DNA of 64,000 bases from Takakia lepidozioides (taxonomy: Eukaryota; Plantae; Bryophyta), in assembly GCA_030704615.1 (NCBI GenBank), contig CM060732.1, positions 78,182,001 through 78,246,000 on the forward strand. Direction: 5' to 3'. The position numbers and the translations under genes were made by a program. Below the pieces are notes generated by a model, which saw only the letters and a list, made by a program, of their open reading frames with translations, was not told where the DNA came from and did not search any database. Positions 63,897 to 64,000 of the stretch are shown here, piece by piece (within the stretch, counting starts at the first letter, position 1; each line of letters opens with the position of its first letter).

Positions 63897-63981
63897 GCAG
63901 CCCTAAAAATGGAGGGCTCGGATGGGTTATGGGAATGGACGGTGGCGATCCTGCGCCGTCAGCGGACTGGATGGCAGGGGA
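63897..63981. repeat. 85-bp direct repeat, copy 2, just upstream of the transposase
   Basis: Matches 54838-54922. Confidence 0.95.
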
Positions 63982-64000
63982 AGGGCTAGGAGGGGTTAGG

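Larger units (their letters stand above)
53200..64000 (-). mobile_element. Large decayed Mutator-like (MULE) element/complex with cargo gene(s); boundaries uncertain, probably extends beyond the window
   Basis: Contains the transposase pseudogene, a co-oriented cargo gene, internal tandem arrays and a shared CAGACT/CGGACT-rich composition. No TIR or TSD identified. Confidence 0.6.

Overview
Eukaryotic, intron-containing land-plant DNA; a non-seed plant is my inference from gene style, and I cannot name the taxon. The gene-rich core holds an intronless DMP/DUF679 gene (+) and two 10-exon SBT2-type subtilases (-) about 29 kb apart. It also holds a TRM10 tRNA m1G9 methyltransferase with a repeat-expanded acidic N-terminus (-), RPS20/uS10 (-), an intronless PLS-DYW PPR editing factor (+) and a small C-terminal-TM protein (+). 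Between the genes lie LINE relics, a dispersed ~75-bp LINE-tail repeat and a nearly homogeneous 217-bp tandem array. The last ~11 kb is a decayed Mutator-like (MULE) complex. It carries a DDE/SWIM transposase of the At4g13970/At1g60560-like type, a large Gln/Thr-rich cargo gene with no family I recognise, an 85-bp direct repeat 9,059 bp apart, and 311-, 66- and 48-bp tandem arrays. One short motif (CAGACT/CGGACT) recurs throughout it. This architecture parallels the VANDAL/VANC anti-silencing MULEs and is the best candidate here for an undescribed system. All exon coordinates were read by eye from GT-AG sites.
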